Notes: generated by a model not told the origin, from the letters alone. DNA of 64,000 bases from Candidatus Altiarchaeota archaeon (GCA_016931955.1 JAFGDV010000002.1:48471-112470); one strand, 5' to 3'. Counted from the stretch's first letter, positions 10,107-20,127 are shown. Translations and numbers: made by a program.

Positions 10107-11107
10107 AGTATCTCAACGATTTTATCTGCGATACCCAGCAAAGGCAGGATGAAATCCGCATCCCCGTTTCTTATAATCATTTTAGGCATTCCAAATATTA
10201 AACTTGTTGATTCATCTTGGACTATGATCTTTCCACCATTCTTTTTTACCCACTTCACCCCATTCGCGCCGTCATCTCCCATACCAGTTAATATAACCGC
10301 TATTACGTTTTTACCGCATACCTTCGAAACGGACTTCAATGTGACGTCTATGCAAGGCTTTACTATAGTATGTTTTTTGTTTAATTGAGTAAATAAATGT
10401 TTCCCTTTTTGCACTACCTCCAGGTTGTAACCCCCAGGAGCCACTAGAACCTTGCCTTTATCAAGTAGGCTGCCTTCTTTTGCTTCTTCCACCTTTAGTG
10501 GGCACACTGCATCCAGCGTCTCAGCGAACGCCTTAGTGAATCCCGCCGGCATGTGTTGTACGACTAGAACGGCAGCTGGAAAATCCTTTGGGAACGAAGA
10601 CAGTATAGTTCTAATTGTGGCCACACCACCGCAGGAAGCACCCAATACCAAAACCTTCTCGGATATCTTAGGCGCAGACAATTTTTTCTTCGGCTTCTTT
10701 ATCACGAGTTTTTTTATCTCAAGGGATGATGCGACTCGCACCAATGCTATCAGCTCTTCCTTCATTTCCTCCAGATCGCTGAGCCGGTTAGGCATCACTA
10801 TGAAGTCCACTGCCCCATAGCCTAAGGCACTCAGCATCTCCCGCCTTCCCAGATCAGATTCTCGGCCGACCACTATCGTTGGAGTAGGATCAAGCAGCAT
10901 TATGTTGTAGAGGATGTCCAATGCATGTACTCCCTTCATCTCTATGTCTAGTAGAACAACATCCGGCTCAAGGAGCTCAATCTTGTCTAAAGCCTCCTCA
11001 GCTAGACCAGAGCGGTGGATGACCTTTATCTCTGGTTCGGACTCCAGCATACATGTAAGCTTGACCCCAAAAAAATAAGAATCCGCTATTATGAGGACCT
11101 TGATCAT
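10103..11107 (-). CDS. cheB: Chemotaxis methylesterase CheB (receiver plus esterase)
   Basis: GASCGG, VQHMP, LTGMGDDG catalytic motifs; N-terminal receiver. Confidence 0.93.
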   Translation of the reverse strand: MIKVLIIADSYFFGVKLTCMLESEPEIKVIHRSGLAEEALDKIELLEPDVVLLDIEMKGVHALDILYNIMLLDPTPTIVVGRESDLGRREMLSALGYGAVDFIVMPNRLSDLEEMKEELIALVRVASSLEIKKLVIKKPKKKLSAPKISEKVLVLGASCGGVATIRTILSSFPKDFPAAVLVVQHMPAGFTKAFAETLDAVCPLKVEEAKEGSLLDKGKVLVAPGGYNLEVVQKGKHLFTQLNKKHTIVKPCIDVTLKSVSKVCGKNVIAVILTGMGDDGANGVKWVKKNGGKIIVQDESTSLIFGMPKMIIRNGDADFILPLLGIADKIVEIL

Positions 11108-11116
11108 TCTCCCATT

Positions 11117-11485
11117 CTATGAGAATCTCCTGACAACATCAAGTATCTGCTCCCTCTTGAATGGTTTGGTTACGTAGGCCTTTGCACCTATCCTCATCGC
11201 TTCTTTCATAGGATCCCCATGGCCTATGGCGGTTACCATGACAATGACCGCTTTTGGATCTATTTTCATGATCTCGGCTAAGACCTGCAGACCATCCTTC
11301 TCTGCCATTATTATGTCCAGTAAGACGATGCCGGGCCTTTCTTTCTTGTAGACCTCAACTGTTTCAGTCCCGTTCTGGGCTTCAACGATATCGCGATAAC
11401 CTTCCTCAGAGAGCATCGTCTTAAGCATATTCCTCATGAAGGCAGAATCATCTGCCAACAATACCTTAGGTTTTGCCATTTTCAT
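11117..11485 (-). CDS. cheY: CheY-like response regulator
   Basis: ADDSAFMR, LLDIIM, YVTKPF. Confidence 0.88.
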   Translation of the reverse strand: MKMAKPKVLLADDSAFMRNMLKTMLSEEGYRDIVEAQNGTETVEVYKKERPGIVLLDIIMAEKDGLQVLAEIMKIDPKAVIVMVTAIGHGDPMKEAMRIGAKAYVTKPFKREQILDVVRRFS

Positions 11486-11849
11486 CCAAGAGTTTGTTTA
11501 TGTTTTTAATCAACTTTGCCTCAGTTATCGGCTTTGATATGTATGAGCACGCCCCTCGTTTGATGCAGTCCTCCATGGTCTTCTGATCCCTTATTATGCT
11601 CGACACTATAATCTTCACCTCGGGTTTGATCTCCATCAGCCTATCGAGCACATACAACCCGTCATTGCCAGGCATCTTCAGATCGAGCAATACGATATCT
11701 GGATCCTCTACACCGCACTTTAGTATGCAATCGTTTCCGTTAACGGCCTCGACGACATCACTGTACCCGTTTTTTTGGAGGATGCTAATCAACGCCCTGC
11801 GCTCGAACATGGAGTCATCTGCTACAAGTATCTTGACCATCAGCACCAC
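11466..11849 (-). CDS. cheY: CheY-like response regulator
   Basis: ADDSMFER, LLDLKMP, YISKP. Confidence 0.82.
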   Translation of the reverse strand: MVLMVKILVADDSMFERRALISILQKNGYSDVVEAVNGNDCILKCGVEDPDIVLLDLKMPGNDGLYVLDRLMEIKPEVKIIVSSIIRDQKTMEDCIKRGACSYISKPITEAKLIKNINKLLDENGKT

Positions 11850-11926
11850 TATCTTGACTAATTAAATATCTATCTTCTCATTTATATCCTTTTTGTTTTT
11901 CTCATTTAAAGTTCTATTCTATTATA

Positions 11927-12289
11927 ATGCACGAGTTCTCGATAGCTGAAGACATCCTGGAGGTCGCACTGGATGAGGCGGAAAAGCATAAAGCTTCCAG
12001 GATAAAACACATCTCTGTGGAGGTTGGAGGGCTCATGATGGCGAACCTCGAGCAATTGGATTTCGCCCTCAGATCCCTGTCAGTTGGAACCCTTGCAGAG
12101 GATATGGAAGTCGACCTGAAGACGGTCCCTGGGAGATTCAAGTGCGACAACAACCACGTGAATGAGGTAAGTATTGAGGAGGATGACCTCTACCTGGCCC
12201 TAGCCTCTCTCAGATGCCCTGAATGCGGCAGCCCTCTAAGGGTGTTGAGCGGAAAAGAGTGCGTGCTGAAGAGGATAATCGCCGAATAA
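11927..12289 (+). CDS. hypA: Hydrogenase nickel chaperone HypA
   Basis: MHEFSIA N-terminus; CPECGS; GKEC.LKRI. Confidence 0.92.
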   Translation: MHEFSIAEDILEVALDEAEKHKASRIKHISVEVGGLMMANLEQLDFALRSLSVGTLAEDMEVDLKTVPGRFKCDNNHVNEVSIEEDDLYLALASLRCPECGSPLRVLSGKECVLKRIIAE

Positions 12290-12296
12290 CGCTAAA

Positions 12297-12947
12297 ATGC
12301 ATGTGATAGACGTAGACAGGGATATCATGGAGATCAACAGGAGGATATCTGAAAGGAACCAAAGAGTCTTGGAAGAGAACAATGTCTTTGGATTCGATGT
12401 TTTGGGGGCTATCGGCTCTGGCAAGACCTCCCTGATTGAGGCCTTGGTTGGGAGGATCGGGAAAAAACTGGGGATCGGAGCGATAGCGGGTGACGTTATT
12501 AGTGACGCCGACGCCAGCCGTTTGAAGAGGTGTGGAATCCCAGTCATCGGCTTGAACACTGGAAGGGAGTGCCATCTTGACGCCCACCTCGTCGAGCATG
12601 CGCTTGAGAGCCTTCCATTAAAGGACCTCGACATTCTGTTCATAGAGAACGTGGGGAACCTCATATGTCCAGTAGACTTCCCGCTTGGGGCACATCGGAG
12701 GATCGTTGTAGTAAGCGTGAGCGAGGGGGACGACACCGTAGAAAAGCACCCCATGATCTTCCTGGACTCTGATCTTGCGGTGATAAACAAGATAGACATC
12801 GCAGAAGCGGTTGATGCGAGCGTTGAGAAGATGGAATACGACGCCAAACGGATCAATCCACGGCTGCCTGTGATAAAAACAAGCATGAAGAAGGGTATCG
12901 GTCTAAACGAAATAGTCGATTGGATAAGAAAAGAATCCAATCTATAG
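12297..12947 (+). CDS. hypB: Hydrogenase nickel-insertion GTPase HypB
   Basis: GSGKT, ECHLDA, ENVGNLICP, NKID. Confidence 0.95.
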   Translation: MHVIDVDRDIMEINRRISERNQRVLEENNVFGFDVLGAIGSGKTSLIEALVGRIGKKLGIGAIAGDVISDADASRLKRCGIPVIGLNTGRECHLDAHLVEHALESLPLKDLDILFIENVGNLICPVDFPLGAHRRIVVVSVSEGDDTVEKHPMIFLDSDLAVINKIDIAEAVDASVEKMEYDAKRINPRLPVIKTSMKKGIGLNEIVDWIRKESNL

Positions 12948-12962
12948 TTTAATGGTGATATC

Positions 12963-13202
12963 ATGTGTCTGGCTATCCCAGGAAGGATCCTGGATATAAA
13001 GGACAATGAAGCATCTGTTGACTTCGGCGGCGTGAAAAGGCCTGTTAGGATTGACTTAGTCGACGCCAAGGTGGGAGACTACGTCATCGTCCATACGGGA
13101 TACGCAATCGAGGTATTGGATGAAGAGGAAGCTCTTGAAAGCCTGAAACTGTGGAGACAAATCCTCTCCAAAATGGACGATGATCCTAAGAGATTTCCGT
13201 GA
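12963..13202 (+). CDS. hypC: Hydrogenase chaperone HypC
   Basis: MCLAIPG N-terminus; VGDYVIVHTGYA. Confidence 0.95.
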   Translation: MCLAIPGRILDIKDNEASVDFGGVKRPVRIDLVDAKVGDYVIVHTGYAIEVLDEEEALESLKLWRQILSKMDDDPKRFP

Positions 13203-14250
13203 TAGGGGGCTTGCCTTGAAGGCGTCAAAGGAGATAGGGGATATGGCATCAACCTTGGGCAAGGTAAAGATCATGCACGTCTGCGGAACCCACGAAGACA
13301 CAATAACCCGTTTTGGGATAAGGTCTCTTCTCCCAGAGAATGTGGAGGTGATATCCGGTCCTGGATGCCCTGTCTGCGTTACGACGAACAGGGAGATAGA
13401 TGAAGCCATATCGCTCGCACAAAAAGGCATTACTGTGACGACGTTCGGTGACATGCTCCGGGTCCCTGGAAGCCGCTCCTCGCTGGCGGACTCGAAGGCT
13501 GATGGAAATGATGTGAGGATCGTCTACTCCGTAACTGACGCAGTAGAGATCGCCCATAAGAATCCGGAGAAAGAGGTTGCTCACATCGCCATAGGCTTCG
13601 AGACAACGATACCATCCAACGCGGTCGCCCTCCAAGACGCTCCTGAGAATTTCTCGATCCTATGCTGTCACCGGCTTATCCCTCCAGCGATGGAGTTGCT
13701 CTTGGAGTCTCACGAGGTGAGGATAGACGGCTTCATAGATCCTGGGCATGTTTCAGCCATAATAGGAGTAAAACCCTATAGACCTCTGGCGGAAAAATAC
13801 AGGATACCTCACGTAATCGTCGGCTTCGAGCCCCTTGACGTTCTCTTCTCCATCATAATGCTGCTGGAGATGATAAAAAACCATGAATGTGAGGTAAGGA
13901 ATGAGTACAGCCGCGTCGTCAAGGAGGAAGGCAATCAGAAGGCCTTAAGTATCATGGACGCTGTCTTCGAACCCTGCGACGTGGATTGGAGGGGCTTTCC
14001 TGTGATCCCAAGATCCGGGCTCATGTTGAGGGAACGATTCGCTGAACACGACGCAAGAGAGAGGTTCGAGCTTAGGGTAGAACCGACAGAGGATCTTCGG
14101 GGATGCAGGTGCTCTGATGTCTTGAAGGGGTTGATATATCCCAGAGAGTGCCCGCTCTTCGGTAAGGCGTGCACTCCCAAGAAGCCTGTCGGTCCCTGCA
14201 TGGTCTCTGCTGAGGGCGCATGCTCTATAATGTACAGACACACTAGCTAG
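13180..14250 (+). CDS. hypD: Hydrogenase maturation protein HypD
   Basis: HVCGTH, GPGCPVC, GFETT, PGHVS, GPCMVSAEGAC. Confidence 0.96.
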   Translation: MILRDFRDRGLALKASKEIGDMASTLGKVKIMHVCGTHEDTITRFGIRSLLPENVEVISGPGCPVCVTTNREIDEAISLAQKGITVTTFGDMLRVPGSRSSLADSKADGNDVRIVYSVTDAVEIAHKNPEKEVAHIAIGFETTIPSNAVALQDAPENFSILCCHRLIPPAMELLLESHEVRIDGFIDPGHVSAIIGVKPYRPLAEKYRIPHVIVGFEPLDVLFSIIMLLEMIKNHECEVRNEYSRVVKEEGNQKALSIMDAVFEPCDVDWRGFPVIPRSGLMLRERFAEHDARERFELRVEPTEDLRGCRCSDVLKGLIYPRECPLFGKACTPKKPVGPCMVSAEGACSIMYRHTS

Positions 14251-14251
14251 G

Positions 14252-15250
14252 ATGGAAAGGATAAAACTCTTACACGGTGGCGGGGGGGAAGCCATGCAGG
14301 AATTGATCTCTGACGTGATTAAGAACCTCTCCCTCACAAAGGTTGAGGGTGGGATCGGCTTGGATGCCTTGGACGATTCAGCAACCATACCCTTTGGAGA
14401 CAAGCACCTTGTCTTCACCACGGATGCGTACACTGTAAAGCCGTTGTTCTTCCATGGGGGGGACATAGGCAGGCTCTCTGTTTCAGGGACCATAAACGAC
14501 CTCGCTGTTATGGGCGCTAAACCAATCGCTCTCGCCTCTTCTTTCGTTATCGGTGAAGGCCTCCCATTTGAAGACTTGCGGAAGATAACGAAGTCCATGA
14601 ACCAGGTCTGCAAGGAGGTCCCAGTACCTATTATTACAGGAGACACCAAGGTCATGGAAGACCTTGATATGATCATAACAACGTCTGGCATAGGTTTAAC
14701 AGAAAAACCGATACTGGACTCCGGGATGCGGCCAGGTGACAGGATAATAGTGAACGGCACCCTCGGCGATCACGGTATGGCGATCATGGCTCAGAGGGAG
14801 GGCATATCTTTCGAGACCGAACTGAGGTCTGACTGCGCACAGTTGTGGGGTCTTATAAAAAAGATCCTTAGATACGAGATACATGCCATGAAGGATCCTA
14901 CGAGAGGCGGCCTAGCGAACGCCTTAAATGAGATGGCTGAGAAATCAAAATCAGGGGTTTTGTTGTATGAGGACCAGATACCCATGAAAGATGAAGTACT
15001 TGCGGCGTCTGAGATGCTTGGCATAGATCCCCTGTCTGTGGCAAACGAAGGGAAAGCCATTATTGTCACAAGCGAAAATGATACTGAGAAAATCCTAGAA
15101 ACGATGAAGAAGACCCGCTTGGGTCGGGATGCCTCCATAATAGGTGAGGTGACCGAAAAAGATAAGGGACGGGTGATAATGGAGACCCGCATAGGTGGCA
15201 GAAAGATCCTCAGCAAGCCTGCCGGCGACCCTGTCCCAAGGGTCTGTTAG
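14252..15250 (+). CDS. hypE: Carbamoyl dehydratase HypE
   Basis: HGGGG, GDTKV, DPTRGG, ANEG, C-terminal PRVC. Confidence 0.96.
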   Translation: MERIKLLHGGGGEAMQELISDVIKNLSLTKVEGGIGLDALDDSATIPFGDKHLVFTTDAYTVKPLFFHGGDIGRLSVSGTINDLAVMGAKPIALASSFVIGEGLPFEDLRKITKSMNQVCKEVPVPIITGDTKVMEDLDMIITTSGIGLTEKPILDSGMRPGDRIIVNGTLGDHGMAIMAQREGISFETELRSDCAQLWGLIKKILRYEIHAMKDPTRGGLANALNEMAEKSKSGVLLYEDQIPMKDEVLAASEMLGIDPLSVANEGKAIIVTSENDTEKILETMKKTRLGRDASIIGEVTEKDKGRVIMETRIGGRKILSKPAGDPVPRVC

Positions 15251-15251
15251 G

Positions 15252-15713
15252 ATGAAAACCCTGATACTGGGCATTGGGAATCCTATACTGACCGATGACG
15301 GCGTTGGTGTTTTGATTGCTGAACGCCTACGTGATGTTGTCTCAGACCCGGAAATCGATGTCCGTGAGGAATCAACGTCTGGTCTTGACATCATAAGCCT
15401 TGTTAGGGGTTATGATAGGCTCATCCTCGTGGACGCTATAAAGACGGGTAAAGCCAGGGTTGGGGAGATACTCCGGCTCTCGCCTCAGGATATTACCAAG
15501 GAGCCTGCACTTCATTTCTCGACCCTTCATGACGCGGATTTGATGACATCCCTGAATCTTGGTAGTGAACTTGGGATAGATATCCCTAGCGAAATAGTGA
15601 TATACGCTGTTGAGGTCGAAAACGTGGAGGAATTTGGCGAGAAGTGCACACCTGAAGTGGAAAAAGCCATACCCAAGGCAGTGGAATTAATAAAGGAGGA
15701 ATTGGGTCTATAA
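15252..15713 (+). CDS. Hydrogenase maturation endopeptidase (HyaD/HycI family)
   Basis: LGIGNPILTDDGVG, ILVDA, STLHD; start at ATG 15252. Confidence 0.9.
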   Translation: MKTLILGIGNPILTDDGVGVLIAERLRDVVSDPEIDVREESTSGLDIISLVRGYDRLILVDAIKTGKARVGEILRLSPQDITKEPALHFSTLHDADLMTSLNLGSELGIDIPSEIVIYAVEVENVEEFGEKCTPEVEKAIPKAVELIKEELGL

Positions 15714-17084
15714 CCTCGGGAGGCTGGGGCTGTATGCCCTACATGCCATTTCTATCTTGTTGAGGTCTCTTCTTTTTGTGTTATTATTCCTGATCAATCC
15801 ATCTGCCACCTGTTTTACAGAGACGCATATAGCCGCATTGTTGTGGTTGCTGCCCGTTATTATGTCCGCCTTCTCTACGATGCCTTTCTCGTCTGTCACA
15901 TAGTGGTGGATGAGTGTCCCTGAGGGTGATTCTATAACGCCCACACCCTCCCCTTGCGTGTTTTCTGGAACATTCATCAGATTGTTGTCAGTAATCTCCG
16001 GATCCTGTATCAGCTCCAAAGCAAGCTCGGCTGAATAAAGCATTTCTATGAGGTCGGCCCAATGAAACGCCAAGGTGTGATGGCAGGGTTTCGGCAGTGT
16101 GTCAAGCATCCTCTCATATGCTTCCTGTGCCTGAGGTGTTTTCAATCCGTAGGCAACGTTTAATCTGGCCAGTGACCCGACCCGGTAAAGCCAAGAACGA
16201 TCAGCGTCAGATAGCCCCTTCCAGCCAACCTTCCTCAGATGTGAGAAACCCAGATTAGACCATGATTCCTCGTGTTCTTCCACGTGCTGGGGGTAGTCTT
16301 CTCCCCTGAACCTTAAGATCTCCCTTCCGTGGGCGTCCACGACTTTTAGATCGCCATCATAGAGTTCAAGGCGTTCTTTTTCGTCCACTGTACCCATGTA
16401 GTTCGTCTTTATATGGTAGAGCCCCTCATCGAACAGTAGATCCACGTATGCACGATTCTTTAACACGATTTCTTCGAACAGATTTAATGTAAACGCTGCG
16501 AATTCTGTAAATGACTTTACTTTGCCCTCTACCCAATCCCTCTCCTCTCCAGTGATACCCCGAGAGACGCCTCCGGGAAGCCCGCTTACTGGATGAACTG
16601 CCCTTCCCCCCAAGACCTGGAGTATCCTCTGTGCACGAAGAAGGTTTTCTGCCGCGTCCTTTGAGGTTTCCCTCCCGAGCCTCGCCGTTATTGCAGTGAG
16701 ATTCCTTTCGCGAGCTGCTGAATCAGGGTTGATGAATAGGTCTGGAGCATTCAGGTAATAAAAATTTAGTAGTTTATTCCCAAAATGGGAGATATGGTAT
16801 GTTAGTCTCCTTAGCTTGTCTGCTGTGGGTGTTGGCTCTGTTTTCCACAGAGCATCAAGTGCCTTCACAGACGCTATATGATGGGCCCAGCTGCATAGCC
16901 CGCTCATCCTTGAAATGATCCTCGGCATCTCCTCAGACGGCTGTCCGCGACATAATTCCTCAAAACCCTTCATACCCTTCGCTTGAAAGTACGCACTCAC
17001 TCCCATCTCCCTATCTGAAAATATAGTTATCCTAGCGTGGCCGTTTATTCTCGTTACCGGGTCTATTATTATCTTTTTCCTCAA
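15708..17084 (-). CDS. MvhA-like [NiFe]-hydrogenase large-subunit homolog lacking Ni-binding motifs (pseudo-hydrogenase)
   Basis: DPVTRINGH, KGFE, RMSGLCSWAHH, VGSLARLNV, ESPSGTLIHHY, ends RAYSPSLPRL; aligns by eye with 35386..36822. Confidence 0.85.
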   Translation of the reverse strand: MRKKIIIDPVTRINGHARITIFSDREMGVSAYFQAKGMKGFEELCRGQPSEEMPRIISRMSGLCSWAHHIASVKALDALWKTEPTPTADKLRRLTYHISHFGNKLLNFYYLNAPDLFINPDSAARERNLTAITARLGRETSKDAAENLLRAQRILQVLGGRAVHPVSGLPGGVSRGITGEERDWVEGKVKSFTEFAAFTLNLFEEIVLKNRAYVDLLFDEGLYHIKTNYMGTVDEKERLELYDGDLKVVDAHGREILRFRGEDYPQHVEEHEESWSNLGFSHLRKVGWKGLSDADRSWLYRVGSLARLNVAYGLKTPQAQEAYERMLDTLPKPCHHTLAFHWADLIEMLYSAELALELIQDPEITDNNLMNVPENTQGEGVGVIESPSGTLIHHYVTDEKGIVEKADIITGSNHNNAAICVSVKQVADGLIRNNNTKRRDLNKIEMACRAYSPSLPRL

Positions 17085-18061
17085 TTTCTAGATGCCCTCC
17101 TTTGTTTCTTTAGGATGCTCGACGACAGGCTGAAGCGGTAGACTGTTCCACCAAGGGAGGGTATGCTCTCAACCGTCTTTCTTATGGTGGTCTTCTCTCC
17201 ACCGCACATAATGGAAGCTAACGTCGATATGTAGGCTCCACCCATGTCGAGGATTCCCTCAGCTGGTCCAAGGCATCCCCTACAAGGCATATTGGCTGAA
17301 ACACACTGGCTTCCGCACCCGGCTCTTGTTACAGGACCCATGCACAGCAGCCCCTGGTCAAGCAAGCAGACCTTATCGTCGAAAACCTTTTCATAGGGTC
17401 TGTGGAATACCTTGACGCTTTTCCCCTTCCTCGCTCTCTCACATTCGTCGCAGAGTGTCCTCCCAGAAGCGAACACTGAGCCTTTAGGAGGTAGTTTGTT
17501 CTCCAGCATGCTGACGAATAGCTTCAGGATCATTGAAGGTGTTGGGGGACAACCTGGGATGAGATAGTCCACATCAATGACACCGCTTAATGGACTGATG
17601 AAGTCGCATGGCTCCGGAAGTGGAAGTATGCCCTCAGCAAGCTTTACCCTCTTCCTTGATTTTTCCTTCCCCTTGCCCTGTAGACCCAGCATGCCAGGTA
17701 TTCCGCCCATGCAGGCGCATGATCCAACCGCTGTGATTATCTTGGATTTTTTTCTTAGAATCTGGGCCATGTCCATCTGCCCCCTGTTCATCACAGCACC
17801 GTTGAAGAGACAGAGGTCGATTGTTTTGTCATACATCCTCTTTACCCGAGAGTATCTGAAATCCGCTATTAGAGGCCATAAAACGACGTCAATGTTTTCA
17901 GTTATATCCAAGAATCTCTCGCCCAATCCTATGAAGGAGAGATCACAACCACCACATCCTCCTGCCATGTACAGTGCAACCTTCGGTTTTCTTCCTGGAC
18001 TAATCTTCCTTACAGCTTCCGCTACCTGCGACCAGTCTTCTCTGAATGCCTTAAGCTTCAT
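17081..18061 (-). CDS. mvhG: MvhG-like Fe-S hydrogenase small subunit
   Basis: GCGGCD, GSCACMGG, PGCPP, LCDEC, CLL..G..CMGP..RAGC..QC...NMPCRGC. Confidence 0.85.
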   Translation of the reverse strand: MKLKAFREDWSQVAEAVRKISPGRKPKVALYMAGGCGGCDLSFIGLGERFLDITENIDVVLWPLIADFRYSRVKRMYDKTIDLCLFNGAVMNRGQMDMAQILRKKSKIITAVGSCACMGGIPGMLGLQGKGKEKSRKRVKLAEGILPLPEPCDFISPLSGVIDVDYLIPGCPPTPSMILKLFVSMLENKLPPKGSVFASGRTLCDECERARKGKSVKVFHRPYEKVFDDKVCLLDQGLLCMGPVTRAGCGSQCVSANMPCRGCLGPAEGILDMGGAYISTLASIMCGGEKTTIRKTVESIPSLGGTVYRFSLSSSILKKQRRASRN

Positions 18062-18440
18062 TCTCCCACCTTAGGGGTCCCAGGGATTTAAGCTTTGACG
18101 TCATCTCCTTGACAAGTTTCATGAACCCAAAGCTCTCAGACTCCTTAAGGCATTCGAAGCGTAGCCTTTCCCTGCTTATCCTCAGATCAGAGAGCAACCT
18201 TTGGAGGAGAACAAACCTCTTGAATGCTTCCCCGTCTTCCTCCGCTGAGTGGCATTCCCCCGGAGGGCTGCACAGCATCAGGATTCCGTCTGCGCCTTTT
18301 TTGAGTTCTGAGAGCAGAAGCTTTGGGTTAAGGTGATTAACACATCCCTCCCTTACCAGGGGGATTTCCTCAAGGCCGACGTTTTTAGGCAGACAGGATT
18401 TACAGGCAAAGACAATGATCTTGGGCTCATATTCTTCCAT
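18051..18440 (-). CDS. mvhD: MvhD-like [2Fe-2S] subunit
   Basis: YEPKIIVFACKSC, GADGI..LC.PPGECH, ERLR, LGP. Confidence 0.8.
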   Translation of the reverse strand: MEEYEPKIIVFACKSCLPKNVGLEEIPLVREGCVNHLNPKLLLSELKKGADGILMLCSPPGECHSAEEDGEAFKRFVLLQRLLSDLRISRERLRFECLKESESFGFMKLVKEMTSKLKSLGPLRWENEA

Positions 18441-19290
18441 TTATGATCTTCTCCGTTATTCCCTCATACGCGCTCTTCACCTTCCCATCCGACCTATAAT
18501 GGGAGAGTGGCAAGCCTCTTTTCTGCGCTTCGTAGACCTTTTTGGAGTATGGTACTATGAAAAGGTCTCCTCTGAACCCAACGCCTACCGACAAATGCAG
18601 CCGTAGTTTGTCTTCAAGCTCACTGAGGGGGTCTTCAAGAGACAGAAACCCTGATAGTTTCGGTACCCTATCCCTCAGCATCTTGTGTATTGGACGCACC
18701 GTGGGTTCCTGGAACCTTGTAACAATCACAGTGTTGATCCCCTTCTTCACGCCCTCCCTTTCTTCTATATTCTTCAGTATCTCAGCAAAGGTTTCGATGC
18801 TGTCTATGGAGAAGAAACCGCTGTCCAAGGGTAGTATGATAGAGTCTGCTGCAACGATTGCATTGGTCAGTAGTGGCGTGTAGCTGGGGGGCGTATCTAT
18901 CAGTATGTAATCATAGAGTTCTCTGACATCGTCTAGGGCTCGATCAAGTATCTGGGAGGAACCCTTAGCCTTCTGCATGTGACCAAGGATGTTCGCCAGA
19001 TTCAGTTCTGACGGAGCCAGATGAAGATCCTCTATCTCTGTTGCAAGTATCACATTCCTGAACCTTAACTTCCTTTTTCTCCCGCATCCCTCAAGAAGCA
19101 CATCATATACCGAGAACGGCAGGTATCTTTTGTTTATATTCAAACCAGCGGTTGCGTTTGCTTGGGGGTCCATGTCGACGACAAGGACCTTCTTGCCTCT
19201 TTTCACCAGTTCCCCCGCAATGTTTATGCATGAGGTCGTCTTGCCCGTGCCGCCCTTATGGTGGGCGAATGCTATGCATTTAGCCCGCAT
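18427..19290 (-). CDS. ParA/Soj/MinD-family ATPase
   Basis: HKGGTGKTT deviant Walker A, DMDPQANAT, YDYILIDTPP. Confidence 0.92.
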   Translation of the reverse strand: MRAKCIAFAHHKGGTGKTTSCINIAGELVKRGKKVLVVDMDPQANATAGLNINKRYLPFSVYDVLLEGCGRKRKLRFRNVILATEIEDLHLAPSELNLANILGHMQKAKGSSQILDRALDDVRELYDYILIDTPPSYTPLLTNAIVAADSIILPLDSGFFSIDSIETFAEILKNIEEREGVKKGINTVIVTRFQEPTVRPIHKMLRDRVPKLSGFLSLEDPLSELEDKLRLHLSVGVGFRGDLFIVPYSKKVYEAQKRGLPLSHYRSDGKVKSAYEGITEKIINGRI

Positions 19291-19395
19291 CCTAATCAAC
19301 AATATCGCAGAAAGTTCAGCCAGATGGATTACAAGAGACGCACGCTTGAGCCTCTTTAAGCATATATTAAGTAGAACTATTATAAATACGTGTAA

Positions 19396-20046
19396 CTATT
19401 CCCCGACCTTCTTGTCAAGTTTTTCTATGATCAGCTTCAGTGATTTTGAGTCTGGGAGGAATATCAATCTCCCCTTTATCGTGGTCTCCTTCGCCGTGAA
19501 CTCCGTCGCCAGAATGAGTGCCTTCTTTATCTCCCATGTGAAGCCCTTCCTTATGTCGGTGACAGACCTCTCCGTCATTGTGAAAGAAACCAGTGGAACA
19601 TGATGGCACGGCCGCACATCCAAAAAATCGCTGAGTGCTGTAAGATATGATCCAAAGAGTATGTTGGATAACTCACTCAGAGCATCCCGCGATATCTGAT
19701 CCAACACACTGGTTTCTTTTCTTACCAGGATATTGCTGATTATTATGTCAGCCAATTTCGTCGCATCTTCTCTCTCAAAGACCATCACTATCAGGGCATT
19801 GATGTCGCCTGTTATGAGGGAGGAGATTTCGACGAGCAAATCCCTCGGAGGTGCAAGGGTTGAGGGTACTTCGTCGATGCCGACCAGTTTCACCCATGGA
19901 ACCCTCAACATTATCTCGCAGTCTAGCATCTCTGAGAGGGCGACGCTTGAGCTCCCGGCGCCGATAGTCCCTACCTCTCTAAGAGCATCCAGCTGCAGCT
20001 TCGTCATACCTATGTCTTCCGTCATCCTCTTATAGATTTTACTCAA
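19396..20046 (-). CDS. cheC: CheC-like phosphatase (second site intact)
   Basis: DALREVGTIGAG and DALSELSNIL. Confidence 0.85.
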   Translation of the reverse strand: MSKIYKRMTEDIGMTKLQLDALREVGTIGAGSSSVALSEMLDCEIMLRVPWVKLVGIDEVPSTLAPPRDLLVEISSLITGDINALIVMVFEREDATKLADIIISNILVRKETSVLDQISRDALSELSNILFGSYLTALSDFLDVRPCHHVPLVSFTMTERSVTDIRKGFTWEIKKALILATEFTAKETTIKGRLIFLPDSKSLKLIIEKLDKKVGE

Positions 20047-20127
20047 TCATGTATAAAAACATGTGAACGGCAGAAAGTATTTATAAGAGAAATACAAATA
20101 CAATTATCAAATTATCGGGTGATCTGA

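Noticed and set aside
11927-15713. hypF missing from the hyp operon
   Set aside because: hypF is often encoded elsewhere in archaea; cannot be judged from this window.
15708-15750. Selenocysteine or split VhuU-type explanation for the missing L2 motif of MvhA*
   Set aside because: Codons read TAC AGC CCC AGC CTC CCG AGG TTA TAG with no TGA; the L2 region is present but substituted, L1 is also mutated, and a convergent gene follows directly.
15708-17084. Calling mvhA* a pseudogene
   Set aside because: Full-length ORF with no stops or frameshifts and coupled to mvhG; kept as CDS, though early decay cannot be excluded.
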